From: Gammaproteobacteria bacterium | GTDB taxonomy: Bacteria; Pseudomonadota; Gammaproteobacteria; Eutrophobiales; Eutrophobiaceae | Assembly (NCBI GenBank): GCA_965215365.1 | Contig: CBDCDS010000003.1 | Coordinates: forward strand, 1,920,001 to 1,984,000 | Length of the DNA: 64,000 nucleotides | Direction: 5' to 3' | In this document: positions 45,173 through 55,419 of the stretch, one piece after another | Layout: each line of letters opens with the position of its first letter | Position numbering within the stretch: position 1 is the first letter of the stretch | The notes under the pieces: generated by a model | What the model was told of the DNA's origin: nothing | The model's database searches: none | What the model saw: only the letters and a program-made list of their open reading frames with translations | Program-made: the position numbers and the translations under genes

Positions 45173-48100
45173 GTTGTTATCAGTGAACGGAGCGCCCCTG
45201 CCATTCAATGAAAAGGGACACTTCCCCCATTGCTGTCTTTCACTCGACCTGGAAGTCGGTAAAAAGGACAAGCGTATCCATGCTTTTGCTGCGGTGCGTT
45301 CGGATACTGGTGAATCATTGGTTTATCCCGGAAACTCCCGGCGTGGAAACTTGCACAGGGCCTTGTCGAAGCTCGATGAGCTGGCAGTCGGAGCGGATTA
45401 TCTGCTAGGCCATAACCTGATTGAGTTTGACATTCCTCACTTGCGCGCCGCACAGTCGGACCTCAAGGTGTTGGAGTTGCCGCCGATCGACACATTACGC
45501 TTGAATCCCCTGGCGTTCCCTCGTAACCCCTATCATCGCTTGGTGAAACATTACCAGGACGGGCAACTGGTGCGGGACTATCGCAATGATCCGCTCCGGG
45601 ATGCGCAACTTGTCCTGGAATTATTTGACGATCAGTGCCGGGAGCTGCGGCAGCTGGACCGTGCCAACCCGGAGCTGTTGACTGTCTGGCCCTGGTTGAC
45701 GACGACCAAGGACAACAGCGCCGGCTTTGACGCGCTGTTCACTGAGCTGCGCTCATTATCTGTGCCTGCCGACATGCCGGCCCGCGCAGCGCTGGACAAA
45801 CTGCTGCAAGGCAACGCTTGTATCACATGCAGCCGTGAAATCATGGCTACTATCCGGCAGCAGTCCTGGTCGCTGGCTTACGCGTTGGCCTGGCTATCGG
45901 TTGCTGGCGGCAACTCGGTGATGCCGCCTTGGGTGCGTCACCAGTTCCCCGAAGCAGGGCGCTGGGTGCGGCGCCTGCGCGATCGTGCCTGCGCCGACCC
46001 TGCCTGTGCCTGGTGTCGGGAACAGCACGATGCCAAAAAGGAACTTAAACGCTACTTCGGTTTCAGCAATTTTCGGGAACAACCGGTCGATGTACAGGGT
46101 AAACCCATGCAGCAGTCTATCGTCGAGGCGGCGCTGGCGGGTGAGCATGTGCTGGGCATTCTGCCCACGGGCACCGGCAAGTCCCTGTGCTACCAGATTC
46201 CAGCTCTGTCCCGCTACGACAAGACCGGCGCCCTCACCGTAGTCATCTCACCCTTGGTGGCGCTGATGGCGGATCAGGTAACCGGGTTGGAGAAGTACGG
46301 AATCCATTGCAGCGTTGCAGTCAATGGATTGTTATCTCTCCCTGAGCGCAGTGATGCCCTGGACCGGGTGCGCCTGGGTGATGTCGGTATCTTACTCATC
46401 TCCCCGGAGCAGTTACGCAACCGTGCCGTGTGTCGGGCGCTGGCGCAGCGTGAGCTCGGCGCCTGGGTATTGGATGAAGCCCATTGCCTGTCGAAATGGG
46501 GACATGATTTTCGCCCCGATTACCGCTATGTGGCGCGTTTTATCCGCACGCGAGCAGGTGCGGAACCGACCCCGCCGTTGTTATGCCTGACTGCCACCGC
46601 CAAGCCGGAGGTGGTGGCGGACATAGCAGGGCATTTGCAGGAGCGGCTGGAAATCAGCATGAAGGTGTTTGACGGCGGTGCCCGACGTGACAACCTGGAG
46701 TTTGAAGTATTGCCTACCACCGGCGGAAAAAAGCATTCTGATGTGCACCAGATCGTCAGCGATAGCCTGACGCAGGACGCCGGCAGTGCCATCGTCTATT
46801 GCGCAAAGCGCAGAGACACGGAGGAACTTGCCGAATTTCTGGGCGTTAAGGAAGTTGCTGCGGACTACTTCCACGCGGGCCTGCAACCGGAAAGCAAGAA
46901 AGATGTGCAACAGCGTTTTACTGGCGGTGAGTCACGGGTAATTGTCGCCACCAATGCCTTCGGCATGGGTATCGACAAGCCGGATGTGCGTCTGGTTGTG
47001 CATGCCGATATCCCGGGTTCGCTGGAAAACTACCTGCAGGAAGCCGGGCGCGCCGGACGTGACCGGGAACCGGCGCGCTGTGTATTGTTTTATACACTGG
47101 AAGATGTGGAGCAGCAGTTCATGCTGTCGAGTCGGGCGCGACTTAATCGACGGGAAATTCACAGTATCCTGAGAGCCTTGCGACGACTGGATCGAAAAAA
47201 GTACGGACAAGGTGAAGTGGTGGCAACCGCCGGTGAGATCCTGTTGGATGAGGAAGACAAAGTATTCGAGCGGGATTCGGCCACCGATGATACCCGGGTG
47301 CGCACTGCTATCGCCTGGTTGGAAGAGGCACAACTGTTGTCCCGGGAGGAAAACCAGGTGCAGGTCTTTCCATCCTCTCTGCAGGTTAATTCAAAAGAGC
47401 AGGCACAGGCGCGAATTGATAAGAAGGTGGAGCGGGATGACTATCGTAAGCAGCTTATGCGTATTGTAGAGACCCTGCTGCAAGCTGACCCGGACGAGGG
47501 CATTTCCACGGACGAGTTAATTGGCGTTGCCGGTATGAATGCCGAGGGACTGCGCGCCGCATTGTACGATCTGGAGAAACTGGGGATTGCCAGCAATGAC
47601 ACGGCGTTAACCGCGTTTGTGCATGCCGGTCTGGAGCGTTCATCGGAAAAACGACTGAACGAGGCGATAGAGTTGGAGCGTGCGCTGATTGGGCATCTGC
47701 GGGAAGCCGCGCCGGATATGGGCAAGGGGGAGGCCTGGCCGCTGCACCTGCGCCGGCTCAACCAGCAACTCAAGGATGCCGGCCATGAACAGGCCTGGCC
47801 GGAACGATTGTTGCGTATCCTGCGCATCCTTGGCGCCGACGGGCGCAATGAAGACGGCAGTGGCAGAAGCCTGAGGCTACGCAAGCTAGATGCAGAGACG
47901 GTGCAAGTCACGCTGGAACGAGAATGGGCGGCGTTGGAAAAAACGGCTGAACGCCGCCGCGCCGCCGCCGCGTGTCTGCTGAAACACCTGCTTGACAGTC
48001 TGCCACCTGGCAGCCGTGGTCTCGACCGGTTGGCTGAGACAACCCTGGGCAAGCTGCTCAACACCCTCGACTCCGACATCATATTGAAGCAGGAAATGAA

Positions 48101-50351
48101 AAAACCCGATAAGCTGATGGAGCATGCTTTACTATGGCTGCATGAACTGGAGGTCATACGCCTGAACAAGGGGCTGGCGGTATTCCGTCCGGCCATGACC
48201 ATCCATCTGGCCAGGGGGGAGGAAGGCAAACGCGGCTTTCGCAACACCGACTACGCGCCACTCAAGGAACATTATCTGGGCCAGACGATACAGATTCACA
48301 TTATGAAAGCCTATGCGCAGTTGGGCTTGGAAGATATGAAAAAAGCGCTGGCTCTGGTGCTGGATTACTTCGAACGGAAGCAGGATGCTTTCCTGGATTA
48401 TTGGCTCCCTGATGCAGGCAAGGAAATCGGCCGACAAACCACGCCGGAATCCTGGCGTAATATCGTCGAATGCCTCAATAACCCCGTGCAACAAGGCATT
48501 GTTGCTGACGATCGGGAACGGACCCATGTGCTGGCGCTGGCCGGCCCCGGCTCTGGTAAGACGCGGGTGCTGGTGCACCGCATTGCTTACCTGTTGCGGG
48601 TCAGGCGCGAAAACCCGCGTGGCATCTTGGCGCTGGCTTACAACCGTCATGCCGCGGTCGAGATCCGCCAACGCCTCGCGGATTTGGTCGGCAATGACGC
48701 CCGGGGGGTACTGGTGCTTACCTGTCACGGCCTGGCAATGCGCTTGGTCGGGGCCAGTTTCAGCGAGCGTCCTGAGCGCCCGGGTGATGACGTTTTCAAG
48801 TCTCTGATGCGGGATGCCATAGCCTTGTTGCGCGGCGACGGGTTGGAGGCTGATGACGCGAATGAACAGCGCGCGCGACTGCTGGCCGGTTTTCGCTGGA
48901 TCCTGGTGGATGAGTACCAGGACATAGGCCAGGAAGAATATGATCTGATCACTACGCTTGCGGGACGTACTCTGCCGGACGAGGACGACAAGCTGACCCT
49001 GTTCGCAGTCGGCGATGACGACCAGAACATCTACACTTTCAAGGGTGCTTCGGTGAAATATATCCACCGTTTTGAGGAAGACTACAAAGCGAAGCCAGCC
49101 TATCTCACAGAGAATTATCGTTCCACTGCCCACATCATCAACGCCGCCAACGCCTTAGTCGAGCCGGCGCGTAACAGGATGAAAACCGGGCATCCTATCG
49201 AGATCAACAAGGCGCGGAGCAAACAACCCCAGGGCGGTAAGTGGAGTAAAATCGACCCGGTGAGCGAGGGCCGGGTGCAAATGCTGCCGGCCGGAGACAA
49301 CCCGGTATCCCAGGCACAGGCAGCCATATCGGAGTTGCAACGCCTTTCCAGTTGCACGCAGGATTGGGACTGGTCAAACTGTGCGGTCATTGCCCGTGAA
49401 TGGAAGTACCTGGACCCGGTGCGCGGACTCTGTGAGCACGAGGACATTCCGGTACAGTTGGGCAATGAAGAAACCCCGCATGTCTGGCATCTGCGGGAAA
49501 CCCGGGCTTGTGTGGAGTGGCTGAAGCAAGACAACAGGAAATTGGTAAAAATGTCTGCACTCGACGCTTGGCTGGACAACCGGCGGCAAACCTCCTGGGT
49601 CGAATTGCTGCGCGAGGCTGTAACTGTATATCAGCAGGAAATCGGGGCGGTAGAGGAGGCATCGGTTGAGCAGCTCATCGAATGGTTAGCGGAATGGGGC
49701 CGGCATGTACGACGGCGCCAGACCGGATTGTTGCTGCTCACCGCCCACAGCGCCAAAGGGTTGGAGTTCGAACACGTGGTGGTACTGGATGGAGGATGGG
49801 ACAAGCTTGACAGAAACAAGGAAGACTCGGACGCATCACGCAGACTGTACTACGTTGCCATGACGCGGGCGCAGCAAACCTTGTCCCTGTCAGGTTTCGA
49901 CCACATGTTTGGCAGGAAAGGCGATTTCAGGCAAGCACTCACAGAACATCCCTCGGTGCTGCGCCGTGAGCCCGCGCAACTGCCGCCACCCGTCCCGGAA
50001 CTCTATTACAATTACCGGAGGCCGAAACTTGATGAAATTGATATGGGCTTTGCCGGCCGCTACGGCGCAAACCACCGCCTGCATCATCACCTTGCCGCGC
50101 TTTATCCCGGCGCCCCCCTGCAAGCCTGCCAGAACGAACAAGGACGCTGGGAACTATTCGATCAACACGGCAACAGGGTGGGGCGCCTCGCACAAAAATT
50201 CGCCGCGCCACCCGGAACACGCTGCCGGTCCGCCAGGGTGTTTGCGATTATAACCCGCCGGCGGGAACAGTCGGGCGCCGATTATCAGGAGCGCATTAAA
50301 TGTGACGCCTGGGAGGTCATGATGCCAGAACTGGTTTTCGTCCCGGAATAG
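45132..50351 (+). CDS. Fusion of a DEDD-exonuclease-like domain, RecQ-type (SF2) helicase and UvrD-type (SF1) helicase
   Basis: LDLEV...GHNLIEFD; PTGTGKSLCYQ, DEAHC, QEAGRAGRD; AGPGSGKT, DEYQD, VGDDDQNIY, HSAKGLEF, YVAMTRA. Confidence 0.85.
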   Translation: MQIEAPDLFTKASELLSVNGAPLPFNEKGHFPHCCLSLDLEVGKKDKRIHAFAAVRSDTGESLVYPGNSRRGNLHRALSKLDELAVGADYLLGHNLIEFDIPHLRAAQSDLKVLELPPIDTLRLNPLAFPRNPYHRLVKHYQDGQLVRDYRNDPLRDAQLVLELFDDQCRELRQLDRANPELLTVWPWLTTTKDNSAGFDALFTELRSLSVPADMPARAALDKLLQGNACITCSREIMATIRQQSWSLAYALAWLSVAGGNSVMPPWVRHQFPEAGRWVRRLRDRACADPACAWCREQHDAKKELKRYFGFSNFREQPVDVQGKPMQQSIVEAALAGEHVLGILPTGTGKSLCYQIPALSRYDKTGALTVVISPLVALMADQVTGLEKYGIHCSVAVNGLLSLPERSDALDRVRLGDVGILLISPEQLRNRAVCRALAQRELGAWVLDEAHCLSKWGHDFRPDYRYVARFIRTRAGAEPTPPLLCLTATAKPEVVADIAGHLQERLEISMKVFDGGARRDNLEFEVLPTTGGKKHSDVHQIVSDSLTQDAGSAIVYCAKRRDTEELAEFLGVKEVAADYFHAGLQPESKKDVQQRFTGGESRVIVATNAFGMGIDKPDVRLVVHADIPGSLENYLQEAGRAGRDREPARCVLFYTLEDVEQQFMLSSRARLNRREIHSILRALRRLDRKKYGQGEVVATAGEILLDEEDKVFERDSATDDTRVRTAIAWLEEAQLLSREENQVQVFPSSLQVNSKEQAQARIDKKVERDDYRKQLMRIVETLLQADPDEGISTDELIGVAGMNAEGLRAALYDLEKLGIASNDTALTAFVHAGLERSSEKRLNEAIELERALIGHLREAAPDMGKGEAWPLHLRRLNQQLKDAGHEQAWPERLLRILRILGADGRNEDGSGRSLRLRKLDAETVQVTLEREWAALEKTAERRRAAAACLLKHLLDSLPPGSRGLDRLAETTLGKLLNTLDSDIILKQEMKKPDKLMEHALLWLHELEVIRLNKGLAVFRPAMTIHLARGEEGKRGFRNTDYAPLKEHYLGQTIQIHIMKAYAQLGLEDMKKALALVLDYFERKQDAFLDYWLPDAGKEIGRQTTPESWRNIVECLNNPVQQGIVADDRERTHVLALAGPGSGKTRVLVHRIAYLLRVRRENPRGILALAYNRHAAVEIRQRLADLVGNDARGVLVLTCHGLAMRLVGASFSERPERPGDDVFKSLMRDAIALLRGDGLEADDANEQRARLLAGFRWILVDEYQDIGQEEYDLITTLAGRTLPDEDDKLTLFAVGDDDQNIYTFKGASVKYIHRFEEDYKAKPAYLTENYRSTAHIINAANALVEPARNRMKTGHPIEINKARSKQPQGGKWSKIDPVSEGRVQMLPAGDNPVSQAQAAISELQRLSSCTQDWDWSNCAVIAREWKYLDPVRGLCEHEDIPVQLGNEETPHVWHLRETRACVEWLKQDNRKLVKMSALDAWLDNRRQTSWVELLREAVTVYQQEIGAVEEASVEQLIEWLAEWGRHVRRRQTGLLLLTAHSAKGLEFEHVVVLDGGWDKLDRNKEDSDASRRLYYVAMTRAQQTLSLSGFDHMFGRKGDFRQALTEHPSVLRREPAQLPPPVPELYYNYRRPKLDEIDMGFAGRYGANHRLHHHLAALYPGAPLQACQNEQGRWELFDQHGNRVGRLAQKFAAPPGTRCRSARVFAIITRRREQSGADYQERIKCDAWEVMMPELVFVPE

Positions 50352-50355
50352 TTAA

Positions 50356-50416
50356 CCCACAGATCTCACCAAGTCGCTTGTTGCCTTATGAAACATGATG
50401 GCTCTCAATAAGTTAT
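50356..50416 (-). mobile_element. MITE family A, right end (inverted)
   Basis: Reverse complement resembles 55354-55414 and 60253-60313. Confidence 0.7.
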
Positions 50417-50460
50417 GGTAACCTCTAAAAATACCACGGAGGGTATTTTTAGAGGTTCCC
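50417..50460. mobile_element. 44-bp hairpin, minimal MITE family B
   Basis: GGTAACCTCTAAAAATACC-acggag-GGTATTTTTAGAGGTTCCC. Confidence 0.65.
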
Positions 50461-50529
50461 GTAAAATGGTTAGCCTGCTTTATGGTATGATGCCGGGTAG
50501 TGCAACCGACTGATTAGCAAAATATCCGA

Positions 50530-50793
50530 ATGTTCAAAGTAAAAATAGCCAGCACCGGTGAGGAAATTGCCGTCGCCGACGGCGTACGTATCGTCGATGC
50601 CCTGGGCGAGCATGGGATCATCATTCCGGTATCCTGTGAGCAGGGCATCTGCGGCACCTGCCTGACCGGCGTGCTGGAAGGCGAGCCGGAGCACCACGAC
50701 ATGTTTCAGACCGACGAAGAAAAAGCGGCCAACGACCAGATGACCCTGTGTTGCTCACGCTCCAAGAGTGACCTGCTGGTGCTGGATTTGTAA
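50530..50793 (+). CDS. 2Fe-2S ferredoxin
   Basis: SCEQGICGTC...LCCSRSKSDLLVLDL. Confidence 0.9.
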   Translation: MFKVKIASTGEEIAVADGVRIVDALGEHGIIIPVSCEQGICGTCLTGVLEGEPEHHDMFQTDEEKAANDQMTLCCSRSKSDLLVLDL

Positions 50794-50854
50794 AAATTTC
50801 CGGTAGCCGGAGAGTTTCCCTGACAGTCGTACTGTTACGCCGGTTCGGCCTGCC

Positions 50855-51631
50855 TCAGGTCTTGATCCCCGTCCCCCGGTGCAGCAGGTACAGGCACAGG
50901 GATGACAGCAGTGTAATGAATAGCAGAATGATGAAGAACGCGTTGTGGATGCTGATGTCGGAGACGCCCAGGATGCCGTAGCGGAAGGCATTGACCATGT
51001 ACAGGATGGGGTTCGCCAGGGAGATGGATTGCCAGAAGTTCGGCAGCAGGTCGATGGAATAAAACACGCCGCCCAGATAGATCAGCGGGGTCAGTACGAA
51101 GGTCGGGACGATAGAGATGTCATCGAAGTTGCGGGCGAACATGCCGTTCAGAAAGCCACCCAGAGAAAACAGCACGGAGGTGAGAATGACGATGGCAACG
51201 ACAATAACCGGGCTGTGCAGTTGCGGCAGGCCGGTGAAGAACAGCGCCACGGCCGTCACAATGAAACCCACCAGCAACCCCCGGATGACCCCGCCGGACA
51301 CATAGCCGGCCAGGATCAGCCAGTTCGGGATGGGCGCAATGAGCATTTCCTCGACATGGCGCTGAAACCGAGCGCCGAAAAAGGAGGAGGAGACATTGGA
51401 GTAGGCATTGTTGATGATAGACATCATGATGATGCCGGGCGCGATGAACTCCATGTAGGAAAACCCGCCCATCACCCCGATGCGCGGGCCGATCAGGTTG
51501 CCGAAGATAACGAAATACAGCGCCATGCTGATCGCAGCCGGCAGGATAGTCTGCGACCAGATACGCATAAACCGGGTGATCTCCTTGATGATGATGGTGC
51601 GGTAAGCGATGAACAGCTGTTCAGCCGTCAT
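50855..51631 (-). CDS. yadH: ABC-2 transporter permease (YadH-like)
   Basis: KEITRFMRIWSQTILP...NPILYMVNAFRYG. Confidence 0.85.
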   Translation of the reverse strand: MTAEQLFIAYRTIIIKEITRFMRIWSQTILPAAISMALYFVIFGNLIGPRIGVMGGFSYMEFIAPGIIMMSIINNAYSNVSSSFFGARFQRHVEEMLIAPIPNWLILAGYVSGGVIRGLLVGFIVTAVALFFTGLPQLHSPVIVVAIVILTSVLFSLGGFLNGMFARNFDDISIVPTFVLTPLIYLGGVFYSIDLLPNFWQSISLANPILYMVNAFRYGILGVSDISIHNAFFIILLFITLLSSLCLYLLHRGTGIKT

Positions 51632-52550
51632 GGTCGGCTCCGTTGTCATCGAGCAGGCGAATGAATAACTGCTCCAGCCGGTTGGCCTTGTTGCGCAGGC
51701 TCCTGACAATAATTTTATGTTCAGAGAGTATCTGGAACACCGCATTGGCATTCTGCGCGCGGTTGATCACCACCTCCAGGGTCATCGGGTCAATCCGGCG
51801 TATGTTCAGGGACGGCATCTCCGGCAGCCGTTCCAGCGGGCTGACCAGATCTAGGATAAACGTTTCCGAGTGCAACTGCGCCAACAGGTCTTTCTTATGG
51901 CCGTATTCAACGATGCAGCCCTTGTCGATGATGGCGATCTTTTCACACAGGCTCTCGGCCTCTTCCAGGTAATGAGTGGTGAGTACGATGGTGGTACCGT
52001 TGCGGTTAATCTCCTTCAGGAAATCCCAGGTGGCGCGGCGCAGTTCCACATCCACACCGGCAGTCGGCTCATCTAGCAACAGCAGTTTCGGTTCATGCAC
52101 CAGCGCCCGGGCAATCATCAGGCGGCGCTTGAGCCCGCCGGACAGGTTGCGCGAAATACTGTTGCGTCGTTCCCACAAGCCCAGTTGCCGCAGGTATCGC
52201 TCGGCCCGGCTCCGGGCTGTGTTCCGGTCTATCCCGTAGTATCCCGCCTGATTCAGCAGAATATTCAGACAGGTTTCAAATAAAGAGAAATTGACTTCCT
52301 GGGGGACGACACCAAGCCGGGCCTTGACCTCGGCGCTGTGGGTGGCGCTGTCCAGCCCGAAAATTTTTACACTGCCGGCGGTCCTGGTGACCAGCGCAGT
52401 GATGATACCGATGGTGGTGGACTTCCCGGCACCATTCGGTCCCAGCAATGCAAAGAAGTCTCCTTCAGCCACCGTCAGGTCAATGCCCTGCAAGGCCTCA
52501 AACCCGTTCTTGTAGGTTTTTTTAAGGTGGTTAATCTCCAGTGCTTTCAT
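51621..52550 (-). CDS. yadG: ABC transporter ATP-binding protein (YadG-like)
   Basis: GPNGAGKST, LSGG, LLDEPTAG, NKANRLEQLF. Confidence 0.85.
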   Translation of the reverse strand: MKALEINHLKKTYKNGFEALQGIDLTVAEGDFFALLGPNGAGKSTTIGIITALVTRTAGSVKIFGLDSATHSAEVKARLGVVPQEVNFSLFETCLNILLNQAGYYGIDRNTARSRAERYLRQLGLWERRNSISRNLSGGLKRRLMIARALVHEPKLLLLDEPTAGVDVELRRATWDFLKEINRNGTTIVLTTHYLEEAESLCEKIAIIDKGCIVEYGHKKDLLAQLHSETFILDLVSPLERLPEMPSLNIRRIDPMTLEVVINRAQNANAVFQILSEHKIIVRSLRNKANRLEQLFIRLLDDNGADHDG

Positions 52551-52571
52551 GCGTTATTCGGCCTTACCTCC

Positions 52572-52952
52572 TTATTTGTTCTTGCCCTTGTAGGCGCGCA
52601 CGGCCGAATTAAACAGTTCGCCCGTTGAGGTCATCTCATCCACCATCTTGTTGTAGAACAGCAGGTTGATCTGCAGTTGCTCCTCGGTGGCCGTCTCTCC
52701 CCAACTGGCTCTGAGCTCATCTAAACATTTCAATACAGCTTCGCCGTTAGCGATATAGTCCTTGATGCCGCGCTGGGCCGCAATCATTTCCTCCTCACTG
52801 GACTTCAGCCCGTTCGGTATGGACGGCCGCTCCGGCATGGGACAGGTCTCAATCACCTCGGTGGACGCAGCTTCAGCTTGCGCCTGGACCGCTGGCACCG
52901 ATAATATGGCGAACATGACCGCGCAGGACACATACAATACTGGCGACTTCAT
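52572..52952 (-). CDS. Secreted helical hypothetical protein
   Basis: GGAG RBS; signal peptide; CPMPERPSIPNG...CLD. Confidence 0.6.
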   Translation of the reverse strand: MKSPVLYVSCAVMFAILSVPAVQAQAEAASTEVIETCPMPERPSIPNGLKSSEEEMIAAQRGIKDYIANGEAVLKCLDELRASWGETATEEQLQINLLFYNKMVDEMTSTGELFNSAVRAYKGKNK

Positions 52953-53068
52953 GGGTATCTCCTGTGACAATAGGGTTTCAGGTTCGGGACCAACACAATG
53001 ACTTTTCCCGTTGGTAACTATCATACAGCATTTTCAAAGTATATCCTGTCTATGCTGTGGAATATTCA

Positions 53069-53689
53069 ATGAACAGTGTCCTGATACGGCGACTCGGCGT
53101 GCAGGAGTATCAGAACATCCATGACGCCATGGTAGCATTCACCGACCGGCGCGACCCGGACACGGCCGATGAAATCTGGTGTCTGGAACATAAACCGGTG
53201 TTCACCCTGGGGCTGGCCGGCAAGCCGGAGCACCTGCTGCGTCCGGGCACCATTCCGGTACACAAGACCGATCGGGGCGGGCAGGTTACCTATCACGGCC
53301 CCGGCCAACTGGTGGTTTACCCGTTACTTGACTTGAAACGTTCAGGTATTTCCATCAAGCGCTACGTCAACCGGCTGGAACAGGCAGTCATCGACTTCCT
53401 TGCGACTCTGGCCTTGACAGGGGAACGCCGCCGGGGGATGCCGGGCGTCTATCTGCACGGCCGCAAGCTCGCCGCGCTGGGCGTGCGGGTGAGAAAAGGC
53501 CGCTGCTACCATGGCCTGGCTTTGAACGTATGTATGGACTTGTCACCCTTCCAACGCATCAATCCCTGCGGCTATCCCGGGTTGGAGGTAACACAACTGG
53601 CAGATCAAGGCGTTAATTTGACGGTGTCTGAGGTGTTGGACAAATTTTTACCCTTCCTGCTGGACCTCCCTGCTGCTGAACCTTCCTGA
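53069..53689 (+). CDS. lipB: Lipoyl(octanoyl) transferase
   Basis: [36 protein letters not shown]. Confidence 0.95.
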   Translation: MNSVLIRRLGVQEYQNIHDAMVAFTDRRDPDTADEIWCLEHKPVFTLGLAGKPEHLLRPGTIPVHKTDRGGQVTYHGPGQLVVYPLLDLKRSGISIKRYVNRLEQAVIDFLATLALTGERRRGMPGVYLHGRKLAALGVRVRKGRCYHGLALNVCMDLSPFQRINPCGYPGLEVTQLADQGVNLTVSEVLDKFLPFLLDLPAAEPS

Positions 53690-53751
53690 CATTGGAAACC
53701 CCAATCCCGCGTTAGAAAGTCCAAGAATCGAAAAAGCCTTGTCTGTATAAT

Positions 53752-53872
53752 GGGCACCTCTAAACCTTCATGATCAGGGCGCTGCACACCCCGACAGTAT
53801 GTAAATCTGTAAAATTTACACAGCAAAATTTACACAGCAAAAATACCCTCCGTGGTACTTTTAGAGGTTCCC
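53752..53872. mobile_element. MITE family B, ~121 bp
   Basis: GGGCACCTCTAAA ... TTTAGAGGTTCCC; internal AAAATTTACACAGC repeated twice. Confidence 0.6.
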
Positions 53873-54378
53873 TACAGTTTCGGCAACAAAATCCCACTGC
53901 ATCTGACATCGTAGTCGGGCAGGTTGATGCTGACACTCAAGTCGTCATTCGGCAAAAAGGTTAAACTCAAGCCATCTAGGTGCGCCTCTTCGTTTTGCCG
54001 GGAATTATGATCATCACTGCTTACAACACTTCCACTTTCAATACGTCTGCTACTAATCGGACCCCAGCCTACCAGTGTTAAGCGATACCCGAATTTCTCA
54101 AAGATCGGAATTGAACTGAATTGAAGCTCATCAGTCTCTTTATCATACAACTGGCAACTGAACTCCGCAAAACACCGGCCTGATGAGCAGTTAATTTCGA
54201 AATGTGGGCTGCGCAGGTTGTAATGAATGTACCCATCGCCGATCGTGCATTGGGATGTAATATTCCCAAACCATTTACCATCCGGCACACCCGGCTGATC
54301 GGCCTGAATCTGTACAGAGAACAACCCAAGTGCCGCGCACAACGCCACTGAGTAAAACCATATACCTGTCTTGACCAT
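53872..54378 (-). CDS. Secreted hypothetical protein
   Basis: GGAGG RBS; signal peptide; lower GC than the flanks. Confidence 0.55.
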   Translation of the reverse strand: MVKTGIWFYSVALCAALGLFSVQIQADQPGVPDGKWFGNITSQCTIGDGYIHYNLRSPHFEINCSSGRCFAEFSCQLYDKETDELQFSSIPIFEKFGYRLTLVGWGPISSRRIESGSVVSSDDHNSRQNEEAHLDGLSLTFLPNDDLSVSINLPDYDVRCSGILLPKL

Positions 54379-54705
54379 CTCGCACCTCCCCATTTATTGA
54401 AGTGCCGATTATAGCAGAAGCTGCCTTTAGACCTGTATCGAAACTGCCTGACGGACCCATTACCGAAGGCCCGGTGTTGTGTCTGGACATCGACGGCGTA
54501 CTCTCGCCGGTCGCCCAGAATATCCTTGCTTATGATGAGTGGCCTGATAGAGCGACACGCGAGTCCGATCTGGAGACGTTCAAATCACGCCCAGGCCCCT
54601 CGTTACCACCGCGGGATTTGGGCGGAAATTCTAAAGTTGACTTTCCTTGCCCGCTGTAGCACAATCGCCGTTGATGTGTTCTGCTCAACCATCGGGAGAC
54701 AGATA

Positions 54706-55243
54706 ATGAAACGATCTATTCTTTACCCCCCCCCCCCCATTCAAAAGACTGACGACCCTCATCGCCACACTGGTGGCGCTGACCGCGCCGGTGGCCGTTA
54801 AGGCCCAGACCGCATGCACACTCAAGGATGTTACGGTGTCCCAGACGTTTCCAGTAGCAGGCGCCCCTGTTAATGAAGCAGGCCAGGTCATCATCGACGT
54901 GTCTTTCCCGAGCACATGCCCCGCCCGGACCCGGCCGCTGACGGTCTGCATCGATCTGTGGGACACGACCGCCTGCCCGCCGGGCGCGCCGGTAAACAGT
55001 TGTGACGGGAACATCCGCGGCAGCACCGGGTTTATGCCAAGCGGCGGCTGGGTGCGCGACCGCGGCCCGACGGTCTGCAATAGGCGATTCCTTGAAGACA
55101 TTGGAGGAACAATCCAACACCAACTCAATTTCACGTTCAGCGTTCAGGATGACAGCGTCAAGGCAGATCGACAGAACTATCTCATCGTGCACACGCACAA
55201 CCCGTATCAGGTTTTGCGGATTCCCATCGTGGATAATGACTGA
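54706..55243 (+). CDS. Secreted Cys-rich protein, out of frame at a C13 tract (putative phase-OFF)
   Basis: GGGAG RBS, ATG 54706, C13 (54726-54738); FKRLTTLIATLVALTAPVAVKAQ is in frame with ORF 54773-55243, which ends IPIVDND. Confidence 0.6.
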
Positions 55244-55319
55244 CCCGCGCCAAGCGGTCTGTGGGCTGCCTTGTCCACACTGGGTGTTTCGGCAGTTTTC
55301 AAACTGAGACACTACCCAG

Positions 55320-55414
55320 CAGTGGGTTATGTGGAAAGAGCAGCAGTATGATCATCACTTATTGAGAGCAATTATGTTTCACAAGGCAACAAGCGACTTG
55401 GTGAGATATGCGGG
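55320..55414 (+). mobile_element. MITE family A, right half, 5 bp before the lipA ATG
   Basis: Matches ~60219-60313; ends ACTTGGTGAGATATGCGGG. Confidence 0.75.
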
Positions 55415-55419
55415 CTAGG

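Noticed and set aside
54402-54659. HAD-family gene (VLCLDIDGVLSP)
   Set aside because: Only motif I is visible in an 85-aa ORF; at most a remnant.
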